From contig CAWBCD010000014.1 of NCBI GenBank assembly GCA_963787205.1, positions 182,638-246,637 on the forward strand: DNA of 64,000 nucleotides. Reading direction: 5' to 3'. This DNA is from an uncultured bacterium. Lineage in GTDB: Bacteria > Bacteroidota > Rhodothermia > Balneolales > DATFMH01. The notes beneath the pieces were generated by a model that was given only the letters and a program-made list of their open reading frames with translations, was not told the origin of the DNA and made no database searches. The stretch's first letter is position 1, and the number at the start of each line of letters is the position of its first letter. Below are positions 47,732 through 57,381 of this stretch, piece after piece. A program made the translations under genes and the position numbers.

Positions 47732-49942
47732 ATGGCACGGCAAAAAACAGCTACAAAGAAAACGGTTTATGACGCCATTAACAACGGCAGTTTTGGAGAT
47801 CCGTTTTCCATATTAGGTCAACATAAGGTACAAAAGAATGGCAATGATGCCATATGCATCAGGGCCTTCCTGCCGTGGGCCACTAAAATTTGGGTCTCCG
47901 AACGGAGTGCTGCTTTTCGTGGGAAAATGACAAAAATACACGAATCGGGTATCTTTGAGGCTTTTTTTGAGAATCGTGATCGTTTCGACTATTTCTTTGA
48001 AGCGATCAATGCCCATGAAGAAGTTGTCAAAATTGAAGACCCCTACGGCTTTGGTCCTCTGTTAACGGATTTTGATCTTCATTTGTGGGGAGAGGGTAAT
48101 CATACCCATGCTTATAAGTTTATGGGCGCCCATAAACGGGAAGTGAATGGAATAAAGGGCACACATTTCGTCGTATCCGCTCCGAGTGCCGCCAGGGTGA
48201 GTGTTATTGGTAATTTTAACAATTGGGATGGACGCATCCACGTAATGCGGAAATACTATGATCAGGGATTGTGGGAAATATTTATTCCAGGGGTGGATGA
48301 AGGGACTCTTTATAAGTATGAGATAAAGAGTCCCTATGCCGATCTTCCTCTGATGAAAAGTGATCCCTTTGGATTTTATTCTGAGAAACGACCGCAAACC
48401 GCCTCAATCGTTTACGAGATGGATGGGTACAAATGGGGTGATGAGGTCTGGATGTCACAACGCAAGGAACACCAGGGGATGAGCGCACCTATCTCGGTTT
48501 ACGAGATTCATATAGGTTCCTGGCGCCGGCATGAAGATGGCTCCTTTCTGACATACCGGGAGTTGGCCAATGAACTCGTTCCGTACGTTAAGTCTCTGGG
48601 ATATACACATATCGAATTAATGCCTGTGGCGGAACACCCGTATGATCCCTCCTGGGGTTACCAGCAGACCGGCTATTATGCGGCGACCAGCAGGTTCGGT
48701 GAACCGAAAGACTTCATGCACTTTGTGGATACCTGCCACGAGAACGGTATTGGAGTACTCATAGACTGGGTGCCGGGCCACTTCACTAAAGATGCCCATG
48801 GGTTGTACCAGTTTGATGGCACGCATCTTTATGAGCATGCTGATCCCAGGCAAGGGGAGCACCGCGATTGGGGAACGAGTATTTTTAACTATGGAAGGAG
48901 TGAGGTTCGCAACTTCCTGCTGGCCAACGCCATCTTTTGGCTTGATAAATTTCATATCGATGGCTTGCGTGTAGACGCTGTTGCATCAATGCTGTATCTG
49001 GACTACTCGCGTGAGGATGGAGAATGGATACCCAATAAGTACGGTGGCCGGGAGAATCTGGAGGCAATCGAATTCATCAAGCGCTTCAACGAGATTGCAC
49101 ACGAACAGTATCCAGGAATCATGACTCTTGCAGAGGAATCTACAGCCTGGCCGATGGTCTCACATCCGACCTACACGGGTGGTCTTGGGTTTGACTACAA
49201 GTGGAATATGGGGTGGATGAACGATACGCTTAAATACATGGAAGTAGATTCTATCTTTCGGCGATATCATCAAAATCAAATCACCTTTTCGCTGATTTAC
49301 GCGTTCACCGAACACTTTATTCTGCCTTTCTCTCATGATGAGGTCGTGCATATGAAACGGTCTATGCTCAATAAGATGCCCGGTGACGATTGGCAGAAAT
49401 TTGCCAACCTTCGGTTGTTGTATACGTATATGTACATGCATCCCGGCAAAAAGCTGCTCTTCATGGGTGGTGAATTTGGTCAGTGGTCGGAATGGAATTG
49501 TATGTGGCAACTGGAATGGAACCTGTTGCAGTATGAACGTCACATTGGGTTGCAGGCCCTGGTTAGGGAGTTAAACGAATTGTATAAGAGTGAACCGAGC
49601 TTGCATGAAGTCGATTATGACTGGAACGGGTTCCAGTGGATTGATTTTTCCGATGCTGACCACAGTATTATCTCATTTATCCGATATGGAAAGAATAAAA
49701 ATGATTTCCTGATTGGAATTTTTAATTTTACACCTGTTGTGTATGAAAATTATAATATCGGTGTACCATTAGAGGGACGTTATCGCGAAGTTTTCAACAG
49801 CGATGTTACCAAATATGGAGGCAGTAACATGTTTAATTCTGAAATTGTGGGACAAAATGGTGCCTGGCATAACCAACCGTGCCATATTTCTGTTACATTA
49901 CCCCCTCTTGCAGGTATCATCCTGAAACATGATGGTCAATAG
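47732..49942 (+). CDS. glgB: 1,4-alpha-glucan branching enzyme
   Basis: 736 aa. GH13 regions [31 protein letters not shown] and FSHDEVVH. Confidence 0.95.
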   Translation: MARQKTATKKTVYDAINNGSFGDPFSILGQHKVQKNGNDAICIRAFLPWATKIWVSERSAAFRGKMTKIHESGIFEAFFENRDRFDYFFEAINAHEEVVKIEDPYGFGPLLTDFDLHLWGEGNHTHAYKFMGAHKREVNGIKGTHFVVSAPSAARVSVIGNFNNWDGRIHVMRKYYDQGLWEIFIPGVDEGTLYKYEIKSPYADLPLMKSDPFGFYSEKRPQTASIVYEMDGYKWGDEVWMSQRKEHQGMSAPISVYEIHIGSWRRHEDGSFLTYRELANELVPYVKSLGYTHIELMPVAEHPYDPSWGYQQTGYYAATSRFGEPKDFMHFVDTCHENGIGVLIDWVPGHFTKDAHGLYQFDGTHLYEHADPRQGEHRDWGTSIFNYGRSEVRNFLLANAIFWLDKFHIDGLRVDAVASMLYLDYSREDGEWIPNKYGGRENLEAIEFIKRFNEIAHEQYPGIMTLAEESTAWPMVSHPTYTGGLGFDYKWNMGWMNDTLKYMEVDSIFRRYHQNQITFSLIYAFTEHFILPFSHDEVVHMKRSMLNKMPGDDWQKFANLRLLYTYMYMHPGKKLLFMGGEFGQWSEWNCMWQLEWNLLQYERHIGLQALVRELNELYKSEPSLHEVDYDWNGFQWIDFSDADHSIISFIRYGKNKNDFLIGIFNFTPVVYENYNIGVPLEGRYREVFNSDVTKYGGSNMFNSEIVGQNGAWHNQPCHISVTLPPLAGIILKHDGQ

Positions 49943-49989
49943 CGCTTGGAGTTTAATCATATTTTATCACGTCACTAGTTCAATTTAAA

Positions 49990-51546
49990 ATGCAGTTTCA
50001 CAGATCTACGGGTACGCTCGTACATCCAACATCATTTCCTTCCCCTTACGGAATGGGTGACCTCGGGCCGGCAGCTTACCGGTTCATCGATTTTCTTGTA
50101 GATACCGATCAGTCCATTTGGCAAATACTTCCTTTGGGACCAACGGGCTATGGCAATTCACCATATGCAAGTTATTCGGCATTTGCCGGAAATCACTACC
50201 TCATCAGCCCTGAGCTTCTTGTAAAAAAAGGATTGCTCACCGATCAGGAAGTACGTATAGATACAATTCCGACTACGCACAAAGCTGATTATAATACCGC
50301 ATTTCGGATCAAAGACCGGCTGCTTGGTATTGCTGCTGAGCGATTTAAAGAGAAGAATGATTCGCTCATGGCCGAACAATTTACCCACTTTCGGCAGGAC
50401 AATCAGTGGTGGCTGCCCGACTACACGCTGTTCATGGCCTGTTCGGAACACTATGACTATCGTCCCTGGAATCAATGGGAGGAAGGCCTGAGAAAACGGA
50501 AGAAAAAGACTCTGGAAGACTACCGAAACAGGTTAACAGACCGTATAGCCTATCATGAATGGTGTCAGTTTGAATTTTTTCAGCAATGGCACGCGATTCG
50601 GGAATATGCCAACGACCGGGATATTATTGTCATAGGTGATATCCCGATTTTTGTGGATCACAACAGTGCTGATGTCTGGTCACATTCAGAACTTTTTGAA
50701 GTGGATAAGGACGGGAACCGCATACTTGTTTCAGGGGTACCCCCCGACTATTTCAGTGAGACAGGTCAGCTCTGGGGAAATCCGCTCTACCGCTGGAAGG
50801 TCATGGAAAAAAATGGTTTTGAGTGGTGGGTTAAGCGATTTGAACAGATGTTTTCGTTGTTCGATGCCATCAGAGTGGATCATTTTCGTGGTTTTGAGGC
50901 CTATTGGGAGGTTAAGGCTACGGAAAAGACAGCCATAAAAGGCCGTTGGGTAAAGGGTCCGCGAAACAAGCTTTTTGATACCATTCGTGAACGGCTTGGT
51001 GAGTTGCCAATTATTGCTGAGGATCTTGGGGTTCTTACCAAAGAGGTCATTGAGCTTCGTGATTCGTACAATTTCCCTGGTATGAAAATTCTCCAGTTTG
51101 CCTTTTCGGATAATGCGGCAAATAGTTTCCTTCCGCACAACTACAAAACAAGCAATTGTGTAGTTTATACCGGAACCCACGACAATGATACAACCATCGG
51201 CTGGTACAACAAGGGTACCGATCTTGAAAAGCACCGTGTCAGGGAATACATGCAGGTAGATGGAACTAATATTGTGTGGGATATGATCCGATTAGGTATG
51301 CTATCTGTTGCCGATATGGCTATCTTCCCTCTGCAAGACTATATGAATCTGGATTCCGGGCATCGGATGAATTTTCCCGGCACGGCCAGCGGTAACTGGG
51401 AGTGGAGATATACTGAAGATATGTTGGCCGGTTTGGATCGAGAACGTATACGTTATTTAATTAAATTATCAAATCGTGACGCCCAAAATGGCGATCAGGA
51501 TGCAAATTTGGTGTCAATTCAGGCGGAAGGTGTGGATAATCTTTAA
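49990..51546 (+). CDS. malQ: 4-alpha-glucanotransferase (amylomaltase, GH77)
   Basis: RSTGTLVHPTSFPSPYGMGDLG N-terminus, with GDIPIFV, RVDHFRGF, IAEDLG and GTHDNDT motifs. Confidence 0.95.
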   Translation: MQFHRSTGTLVHPTSFPSPYGMGDLGPAAYRFIDFLVDTDQSIWQILPLGPTGYGNSPYASYSAFAGNHYLISPELLVKKGLLTDQEVRIDTIPTTHKADYNTAFRIKDRLLGIAAERFKEKNDSLMAEQFTHFRQDNQWWLPDYTLFMACSEHYDYRPWNQWEEGLRKRKKKTLEDYRNRLTDRIAYHEWCQFEFFQQWHAIREYANDRDIIVIGDIPIFVDHNSADVWSHSELFEVDKDGNRILVSGVPPDYFSETGQLWGNPLYRWKVMEKNGFEWWVKRFEQMFSLFDAIRVDHFRGFEAYWEVKATEKTAIKGRWVKGPRNKLFDTIRERLGELPIIAEDLGVLTKEVIELRDSYNFPGMKILQFAFSDNAANSFLPHNYKTSNCVVYTGTHDNDTTIGWYNKGTDLEKHRVREYMQVDGTNIVWDMIRLGMLSVADMAIFPLQDYMNLDSGHRMNFPGTASGNWEWRYTEDMLAGLDRERIRYLIKLSNRDAQNGDQDANLVSIQAEGVDNL

Positions 51547-51601
51547 GTATTGGCTGTAAATTGTTACCTTTTTGCGATCATTTTCCAGCAAACTGTGTCT
51601 C

Positions 51602-52423
51602 ATGGACTATAATTTGAAAAATCTGCCTCATCGCTCGGTTAAGCCGAGAAACAATGGCGTTGTTATCGTGCTTGATAAAGGCAGCAGCGTCCGGCAAGTA
51701 GAAGACTTTGTCGATACCTGTGCTTCATACACAGATATTGTAAAACTTGGTTGGGGAACTTCCCAGGTTACCCCCCGGCTCAAAGAAAAAATTGCGGTTT
51801 ATCACGAAGCAAACATACCCGTATACTTCGGCGGTACTCTTTTTGAAGCGTATGTGCTTCGGGATCAACTTGAAGATTATTTGCGCCTGCTTGATAGTTA
51901 CAATATCGGCCATGTTGAAGTCTCTAACGGAACAATCTGGCTGTCGGAAGAGAAAAAGCGCAAAATTATTTCAGAACTCAGTAAAAATTTTACGGTTTTA
52001 TCTGAAGTGGGCAGCAAAAACCCAAACGCCATAATCCCGCCTTACAAGTGGGTCAAGATGATCAAGGCAGAGCTTGAAGCCGGTGCCTGGAAAATTATTT
52101 GCGAAGCCCGTGAGAGTGGAACAGTGGGGGTTTTTCGTCCCAACGGTGAAGTTCGCTCAGGACTCGTGGACGAGATCGTAGATCAGATTCCAATTGACAG
52201 TCTTATTTTTGAGGCACCTCAGAAAGAGCAGCAGGTTTGGTTCATCAAAAAGTTTGGCGCCAACGTTAATTTGGGAAATATCTTACCTGCAGAAGTTATA
52301 CCCTTGGAAACGCTACGACTCGGGTTGCGTAGTGATACGCTATTTGAGTTCTTCTCGCTGGATGAGGAGAATTCCGATTTCCGGCTCAATGCAGATGGAA
52401 ATTCACCCGGGGAACAACATTGA
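51602..52423 (+). CDS. comA: (2R)-phospho-3-sulfolactate synthase family protein (ComA)
   Basis: VVIVLDKG..., DIVKLGWGTS, YFGGTLFE, EVSNGTI and IFEAPQKEQQVWFIKKFGANVNLGNI...LETLRLGLRSDT closely follow the ComA pattern. The ATG at 51602 is preferred over the TTG at 51572. Confidence 0.85.
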   Translation: MDYNLKNLPHRSVKPRNNGVVIVLDKGSSVRQVEDFVDTCASYTDIVKLGWGTSQVTPRLKEKIAVYHEANIPVYFGGTLFEAYVLRDQLEDYLRLLDSYNIGHVEVSNGTIWLSEEKKRKIISELSKNFTVLSEVGSKNPNAIIPPYKWVKMIKAELEAGAWKIICEARESGTVGVFRPNGEVRSGLVDEIVDQIPIDSLIFEAPQKEQQVWFIKKFGANVNLGNILPAEVIPLETLRLGLRSDTLFEFFSLDEENSDFRLNADGNSPGEQH

Positions 52424-52454
52424 ATTTTTTTGAACAAAACGGATGGAAAGACGC

Positions 52455-53255
52455 ATGAAAGTTCTCTATGCCGCCGCGGAGATTTCTCCGTTTGCAAGAT
52501 TGACCAACACGGCCGATCTATTACGTTTTTTACCGGCATCGCTTCAGGATAAGGGATTTGAAATTCGTATCATGTTGCCAAAGTATGGTTCAATCAACGA
52601 TCGAAGGAACAGACTTCACGAGGTCATAAGACTCTCGGGCATTGAAGTTCAGGTCGGGGATAAGACGGAAAGCATGCGTATTAAGGTAGCAAGTATACCC
52701 AATGCAAAATTACAGGTCTATTTTCTTGATAACGATACCTATTTCAAGCGCAAAGGACTGTTTACAGAGCCCAAATCAGGAAAATTTTTCGAAGATAATG
52801 ATGAACGTCTTGTCTTCTACAATAAAGGGGTGCTTGAAACCGTAAAGAAACTTGGCTGGCAACCCGACATTATTCACTGTCATGATTGGGCCGCTGGTTT
52901 TATTCCTGTGTTTCTGAAGCATGCATTTAGTAGCTACGATATTTTCAAAAATACAAAGGTGATTTACAACCTTCATTCGCCGCAACATCATGGTTTTTTT
53001 GATCCGAAAATCCTGGATTTAACAGGACTGGCGGGTTCAATCGATGTCGATAAGTTCATAACAGATGGCAAAGTTGACTTTGTGAAGGCAGGGTTACAGT
53101 ATGCAGATTACGTCGTTACCGGGAATGAGATCAGGGATGAGTTTGATCATTATTTTAAAGAACTCAATATAACTCCGGTGAAGATCCAAGGTTCGCCCCA
53201 GGATATTTCTTCAAAATTTGCGGACTTTTACCGTAAAATTGGTGAGGAATCATAG
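52455..53255 (+). CDS. Half-length glycogen/starch-synthase-like protein (N-terminal GT5 domain only)
   Basis: MKVLYAAAEISPFARLTNTADLLRFLPASLQDKGFEIRIMLPKYG aligns to the GlgA N-terminus. The protein is only 266 aa, against roughly 480 for GlgA. The next ORF is an unrelated lipoprotein. Confidence 0.75.
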   Translation: MKVLYAAAEISPFARLTNTADLLRFLPASLQDKGFEIRIMLPKYGSINDRRNRLHEVIRLSGIEVQVGDKTESMRIKVASIPNAKLQVYFLDNDTYFKRKGLFTEPKSGKFFEDNDERLVFYNKGVLETVKKLGWQPDIIHCHDWAAGFIPVFLKHAFSSYDIFKNTKVIYNLHSPQHHGFFDPKILDLTGLAGSIDVDKFITDGKVDFVKAGLQYADYVVTGNEIRDEFDHYFKELNITPVKIQGSPQDISSKFADFYRKIGEES

Positions 53256-53286
53256 TTTTTAATATCGCAATTCTGACAAAATACAT

Positions 53287-54546
53287 TTGGATTTTCTTGT
53301 GAACGTACACAAAGCGGCTCGACTGCCCCTGGTGGTTGCAGTTCTGACTATCGGTGCCTTATGGATAAGCGGTTGTAAAGATAATAACCTCGTAGGTGGA
53401 AATTTGGTACAGCCAAATGCGGCGGTTCAGATCGATACAATTCCACTGAAAAACCTGGCTACGACAAAAATACCTGCCTATACCGGTAACCTTTCTTCAT
53501 TTTCGATGGGTATGTATAAAGATCAGTTGTATGGTACAGTTACGGCGACCGGTCTTATCCAACCTGCTTTGGCTTCAGCAGGGGGATTGGATACACTGAC
53601 GGACGATAGTAAAATATCGTTGGTTCTATACATAAATGGCGTTTATGGTGATACCACCGCATCGGAGTCGTATGATGTGGTTGAAGCATCGAGTCCATGG
53701 CGTGGCCGCGAGTGGATGTATAACGACCCCCCCCCGATTAGTAGTACCGTTGTCGGAAGTTTTACGGTTGGCAATATCAATTCACTGGTAGCTGATTCAT
53801 TAGGTGATCTTGATTCGGTGAGTGTTGCTCTGAGTCAAAACTGGGTCAAAAAGTATCGTGCGGCCTACTATAATGTGACAAGTCGCGATTCTTCCTATAC
53901 ATACACAATGCCTGGATTTGTAATTGTGCCTAAATCCGAGGGTAAGATACTTGCGGTGAATCCAAGTAACAGCCATTTGTTTGTAGAAACGCCAAAGGAT
54001 ACGGCCAGATTCGTGATCAATGACTGGGCATACAGCGTCACAAGGACTAATGTTCCCGCTGATACTGTGAATTATTTGCCAATGTATTCCACGTTTGAGT
54101 CTGTCCCAAAATTTGATATCACGCTGAACACGAATGGTTCGCTCAGTATTAATGGGGTATCTCTCGGAACCAAAGCGATAGCCCGGGTTCAGATGATGTT
54201 GTATGCTGACTCCACGAAAATGCAGAGTACACTTCCTGTAAATAACATTCGTCCTGCAGTAAGTAGTCTGTTGTTATACTATCTGCATAGCGATAATATT
54301 CAGTTTGGGATATTGAATGGTCCCTTATCTGGAGGAACAGCCTACGAATCAGCTCCGGGAGTCTATACTGTGGATTTGACCAATCGTATCAATAGTATTC
54401 TGAGCGGTTCGGAAAATACGGGAAGTTATTATCTTCTCCCACAATCTCATTCAGGTATAATTTACTCTTTGCTGCTTAATAGCTCATCCGATTCATCAAG
54501 AACACCCAAACTTATCATCACATCTGTAAAACCAACAAATCAGTGA
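53287..54546 (+). CDS. Hypothetical lipoprotein (possibly DUF4270-like)
   Basis: Signal/lipobox ARLPLVVAVLTIGALWISGC; start is TTG at 53287 or GTG at 53299. Ser/Thr/Asn-rich. The DUF4270 guess rests only on remembered synteny with short glgA-like genes in Bacteroidota. Confidence 0.55.
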   Translation: MDFLVNVHKAARLPLVVAVLTIGALWISGCKDNNLVGGNLVQPNAAVQIDTIPLKNLATTKIPAYTGNLSSFSMGMYKDQLYGTVTATGLIQPALASAGGLDTLTDDSKISLVLYINGVYGDTTASESYDVVEASSPWRGREWMYNDPPPISSTVVGSFTVGNINSLVADSLGDLDSVSVALSQNWVKKYRAAYYNVTSRDSSYTYTMPGFVIVPKSEGKILAVNPSNSHLFVETPKDTARFVINDWAYSVTRTNVPADTVNYLPMYSTFESVPKFDITLNTNGSLSINGVSLGTKAIARVQMMLYADSTKMQSTLPVNNIRPAVSSLLLYYLHSDNIQFGILNGPLSGGTAYESAPGVYTVDLTNRINSILSGSENTGSYYLLPQSHSGIIYSLLLNSSSDSSRTPKLIITSVKPTNQ

Positions 54547-55820
54547 AGTATTTTTCTATCATAGTGCTGGTGTTGCTAATGGCTTTTAGTGAGTCAATGG
54601 CGCAAAGTCTGTATAGCACAGGTTCTATTTATTCCTATTACGGTGTGGGAACCATCACTGATTTTCGTGATCCGAATGCTGCAGCAATGGGAATGGATGG
54701 GGTCGGTTTGTCGATTAATGGTGCCAATCTGTCTAATCCTGCATTATGGGGTTCATCAGTGCTCGTAACCGGAACCGGTGGTTTTGAAGTCAATACCATT
54801 ACAAGTAGCAATAAGACCACCCATAGCTCCCGCTCGGTGATTGATGCAACCCACTTTCAACTGGTTTTGCCTGTCGTCAAACAGAAATTTGGAATTTCTG
54901 TTGCCCTGTACCCGATAACCCAAAGTAATTACGCTTATCAAAATACAGGGACCATTGATTCTGCGATCACGAATATTGGCAGTAGTGTGACTTATCAAAA
55001 TTTTTACACGGGAAGTGGCGGGTTGAACGCTCTTGAGGTCGGGTTCGGATGGAACATAGCCGGAGATCTGTCGATTGGATATGCTCCGTCAATCGTCTTT
55101 GGGAAATTGACAAACGATGTAGCAACAGCTTTTAGTAGTTCTTATTACTCTCCGACTCACTACAATATAAACACCACCAATATTGGAATGGGTAACAGGT
55201 TCGGGATATACTACCAAAAAAATAGAGTGTTTGATTCAAGCGACCTGTTATCAATTGGTGCTACTGCGTCCATCCCGGTCGTCTTAACATCAGAAAAAAC
55301 GGTAGGGGACTATATAAATTTGAATGGTACTGAGGTTAACCAAAACCGGAGTCTTTCAAAAGGGCATATACGACTGCCATTGCGAGCAGGAGTTGGTCTT
55401 GGTTACTGGATAAACGGTCACTGGATGGTGGGAGCTGAAGCATTATATCAAAAGTGGAGTGATTATCACGATATAAATTCCAAGCCGGTAAATTATTATA
55501 CAAATCGCCTGAAATTTGGCCTGGGTGGCCAATTTATCCCCCAAAGATCGATTAATCCTACATTTTTTCAGTCGTTGGTATATCGTGCCGGATTTTCATA
55601 CGATACCGGTTATTTGAAACTTCAGGGACAAAACATATCTTCTATGCTGTTGTCTGCTGGTTTCGGGATACCGACTCACACAGCATCCTCGATAGACATC
55701 GATCTCTCGTATGGTTGGCGGGGGACGACATCGCATGATTTGGTTAGAGAAAGAATATTCTCGATAAAAGTGTCGTTTAATTTATCAGAACTAATGTTCT
55801 TCAAACGTAAGATTCAGTAA
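54543..55820 (+). CDS. Outer-membrane beta-barrel protein, FadL/PorV-like
   Basis: GTG start overlapping the upstream stop (GTGA). Signal peptide ending SMAQ. N-terminus GVGTITDFRDPNAAAMGMDGVGLSINGANLSNPAL resembles FadL/PorV-type barrels. Confidence 0.55.
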   Translation: MKYFSIIVLVLLMAFSESMAQSLYSTGSIYSYYGVGTITDFRDPNAAAMGMDGVGLSINGANLSNPALWGSSVLVTGTGGFEVNTITSSNKTTHSSRSVIDATHFQLVLPVVKQKFGISVALYPITQSNYAYQNTGTIDSAITNIGSSVTYQNFYTGSGGLNALEVGFGWNIAGDLSIGYAPSIVFGKLTNDVATAFSSSYYSPTHYNINTTNIGMGNRFGIYYQKNRVFDSSDLLSIGATASIPVVLTSEKTVGDYINLNGTEVNQNRSLSKGHIRLPLRAGVGLGYWINGHWMVGAEALYQKWSDYHDINSKPVNYYTNRLKFGLGGQFIPQRSINPTFFQSLVYRAGFSYDTGYLKLQGQNISSMLLSAGFGIPTHTASSIDIDLSYGWRGTTSHDLVRERIFSIKVSFNLSELMFFKRKIQ

Positions 55821-55858
55821 CACTAAACAAAGTAATCAACACCAAATAAGCTACGGTC

Positions 55859-57190
55859 ATGAAGCGTATTCTCAGCGTAATCGCCGGTTTACTATTTTTA
55901 GTATCCACCGGGGTTAAAGCCCAAAAGGCCGATTCCATACCTCCCGCTCCATATGGAATGAGTCCTATAGAGGTATATTCAGTATTCAGTGAATCATACA
56001 AAAACAAAGACTATCCAACGGCATTGATGTATGGGCGGTGGTTAGTCGTAGCTCATCCAAAGAAAATCAAAGGTTTTCCTCAATATGACGGGTCCCTTAC
56101 GTTCAGCAAGATGATAGACATGTATACCCAAAAAGGTGAGAATTCACAGGATCCGACACTCAAAACCGCTTATTTTGACACTGCCGGTAACTATTATCAG
56201 AATGTTCTTAATACATTTTCTGATAGTACTATAGATCGGTACCAATGGATATTTGATGAAGGACGTTTCTATCAGCAACATGCCGATTTTATACAGAACG
56301 GTATGGATAAAGCTGTTGCCGACTACGAAAAGTTGTTCAAGATGGATCCCAAGCAAACGACCCAGGCTGGAAATGGCTACTATGTTCAGGCCGTGGTTAA
56401 TTACTATGTGAACAATGGCGACAAGGACAAGGCACTATCATTAATGAAGCAGGCGGATCCTTTTGCAAATGACAGTACTGAACAGTATTTCAATAAGGTC
56501 AGAAATCAGCTCTTTACTAATCCCAAAGATCGTATTGCTTATTTGCAGTCGAGGATCAAGGATAACCCAAAGGATAAAGATGCACTGAATGAGTTGTACA
56601 CCCTCTATAGCCAGCAGAATGATTACGACAATGCAAAAAAAATAGCGAAGCAGCTGTTTGCTATCGAACCAACTTATAAAAATGCAAACCGACTGGCATC
56701 AATGGCTTCTGAGAACGGGAAGTATGCTGAAGCAATCGATTATCTGAAAGATGCCTTGAATAAGGTGAAGACAGACGGTGAGAAAAAACAGGTCTACCTT
56801 GATATCGCTGATAACTATATAAACCTGGATAAACTACAAACAGCCCGTGAGTATACCCGCGATGCCATTCATCTGGACCCTAAATGGGGCAGACCTTACT
56901 TGGAAATGGCACATATCTATGCACAGGCTGTTCAGGATTGTAGTAACGGTCCGTTGACCCGTAAAGACAAAGCTGTATACTGGTTGGTCCTTGATTATCT
57001 CGACAGGGCAAAGGAAGTAGACCCATCTGTTACCAGTAGTGCCAATCAACAGATTAACTCATACAAGCAGGCGGCACCGTCAGTTGAAGAAAAATTTTAC
57101 CAAAACTGGAAAAAGGGTGAAAAAATTAAGATCGATAAGTCACTCAAGCCGTGCTATGGTTGGATTGATGAAACGACGACTGTACGCTAA
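55859..57190 (+). CDS. Secreted TPR-repeat protein
   Basis: Signal peptide (LLFLVSTGVKAQ). Repeated A/Y/L helical hairpins (e.g. YDNAKKIAKQLFAIEP, YAEAIDYLKDAL, LQTAREYTRDAIHLDP). Confidence 0.65.
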   Translation: MKRILSVIAGLLFLVSTGVKAQKADSIPPAPYGMSPIEVYSVFSESYKNKDYPTALMYGRWLVVAHPKKIKGFPQYDGSLTFSKMIDMYTQKGENSQDPTLKTAYFDTAGNYYQNVLNTFSDSTIDRYQWIFDEGRFYQQHADFIQNGMDKAVADYEKLFKMDPKQTTQAGNGYYVQAVVNYYVNNGDKDKALSLMKQADPFANDSTEQYFNKVRNQLFTNPKDRIAYLQSRIKDNPKDKDALNELYTLYSQQNDYDNAKKIAKQLFAIEPTYKNANRLASMASENGKYAEAIDYLKDALNKVKTDGEKKQVYLDIADNYINLDKLQTAREYTRDAIHLDPKWGRPYLEMAHIYAQAVQDCSNGPLTRKDKAVYWLVLDYLDRAKEVDPSVTSSANQQINSYKQAAPSVEEKFYQNWKKGEKIKIDKSLKPCYGWIDETTTVR

Positions 57191-57244
57191 GATTTTTCTT
57201 CCTTTTACCATTTCTATTTGATTTTTAGTACTTTAATAAAGTGA

Positions 57245-57284
57245 AAAGAGTCAGGTGGCCGGAGAACTGCCTGACTCTTTATTG
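57245..57284 (+). terminator. Rho-independent terminator after the TPR gene
   Basis: 11-bp perfect stem, AAAGAGTCAGG (57245-57255) with CCTGACTCTTT (57270-57280), then ATT. Confidence 0.6.
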
Positions 57285-57381
57285 GTAGGTTCGATATATC
57301 GGACGGTAATGGGCGATTACAACCCTCGTTATTTCTCCAGGGCTCATCTGTATTATTTAATGACTGAACGTTTATTTATTC

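Noticed and set aside
50731-51234. 167-aa ORF antisense to malQ
   Set aside because: This is a shadow ORF within malQ.
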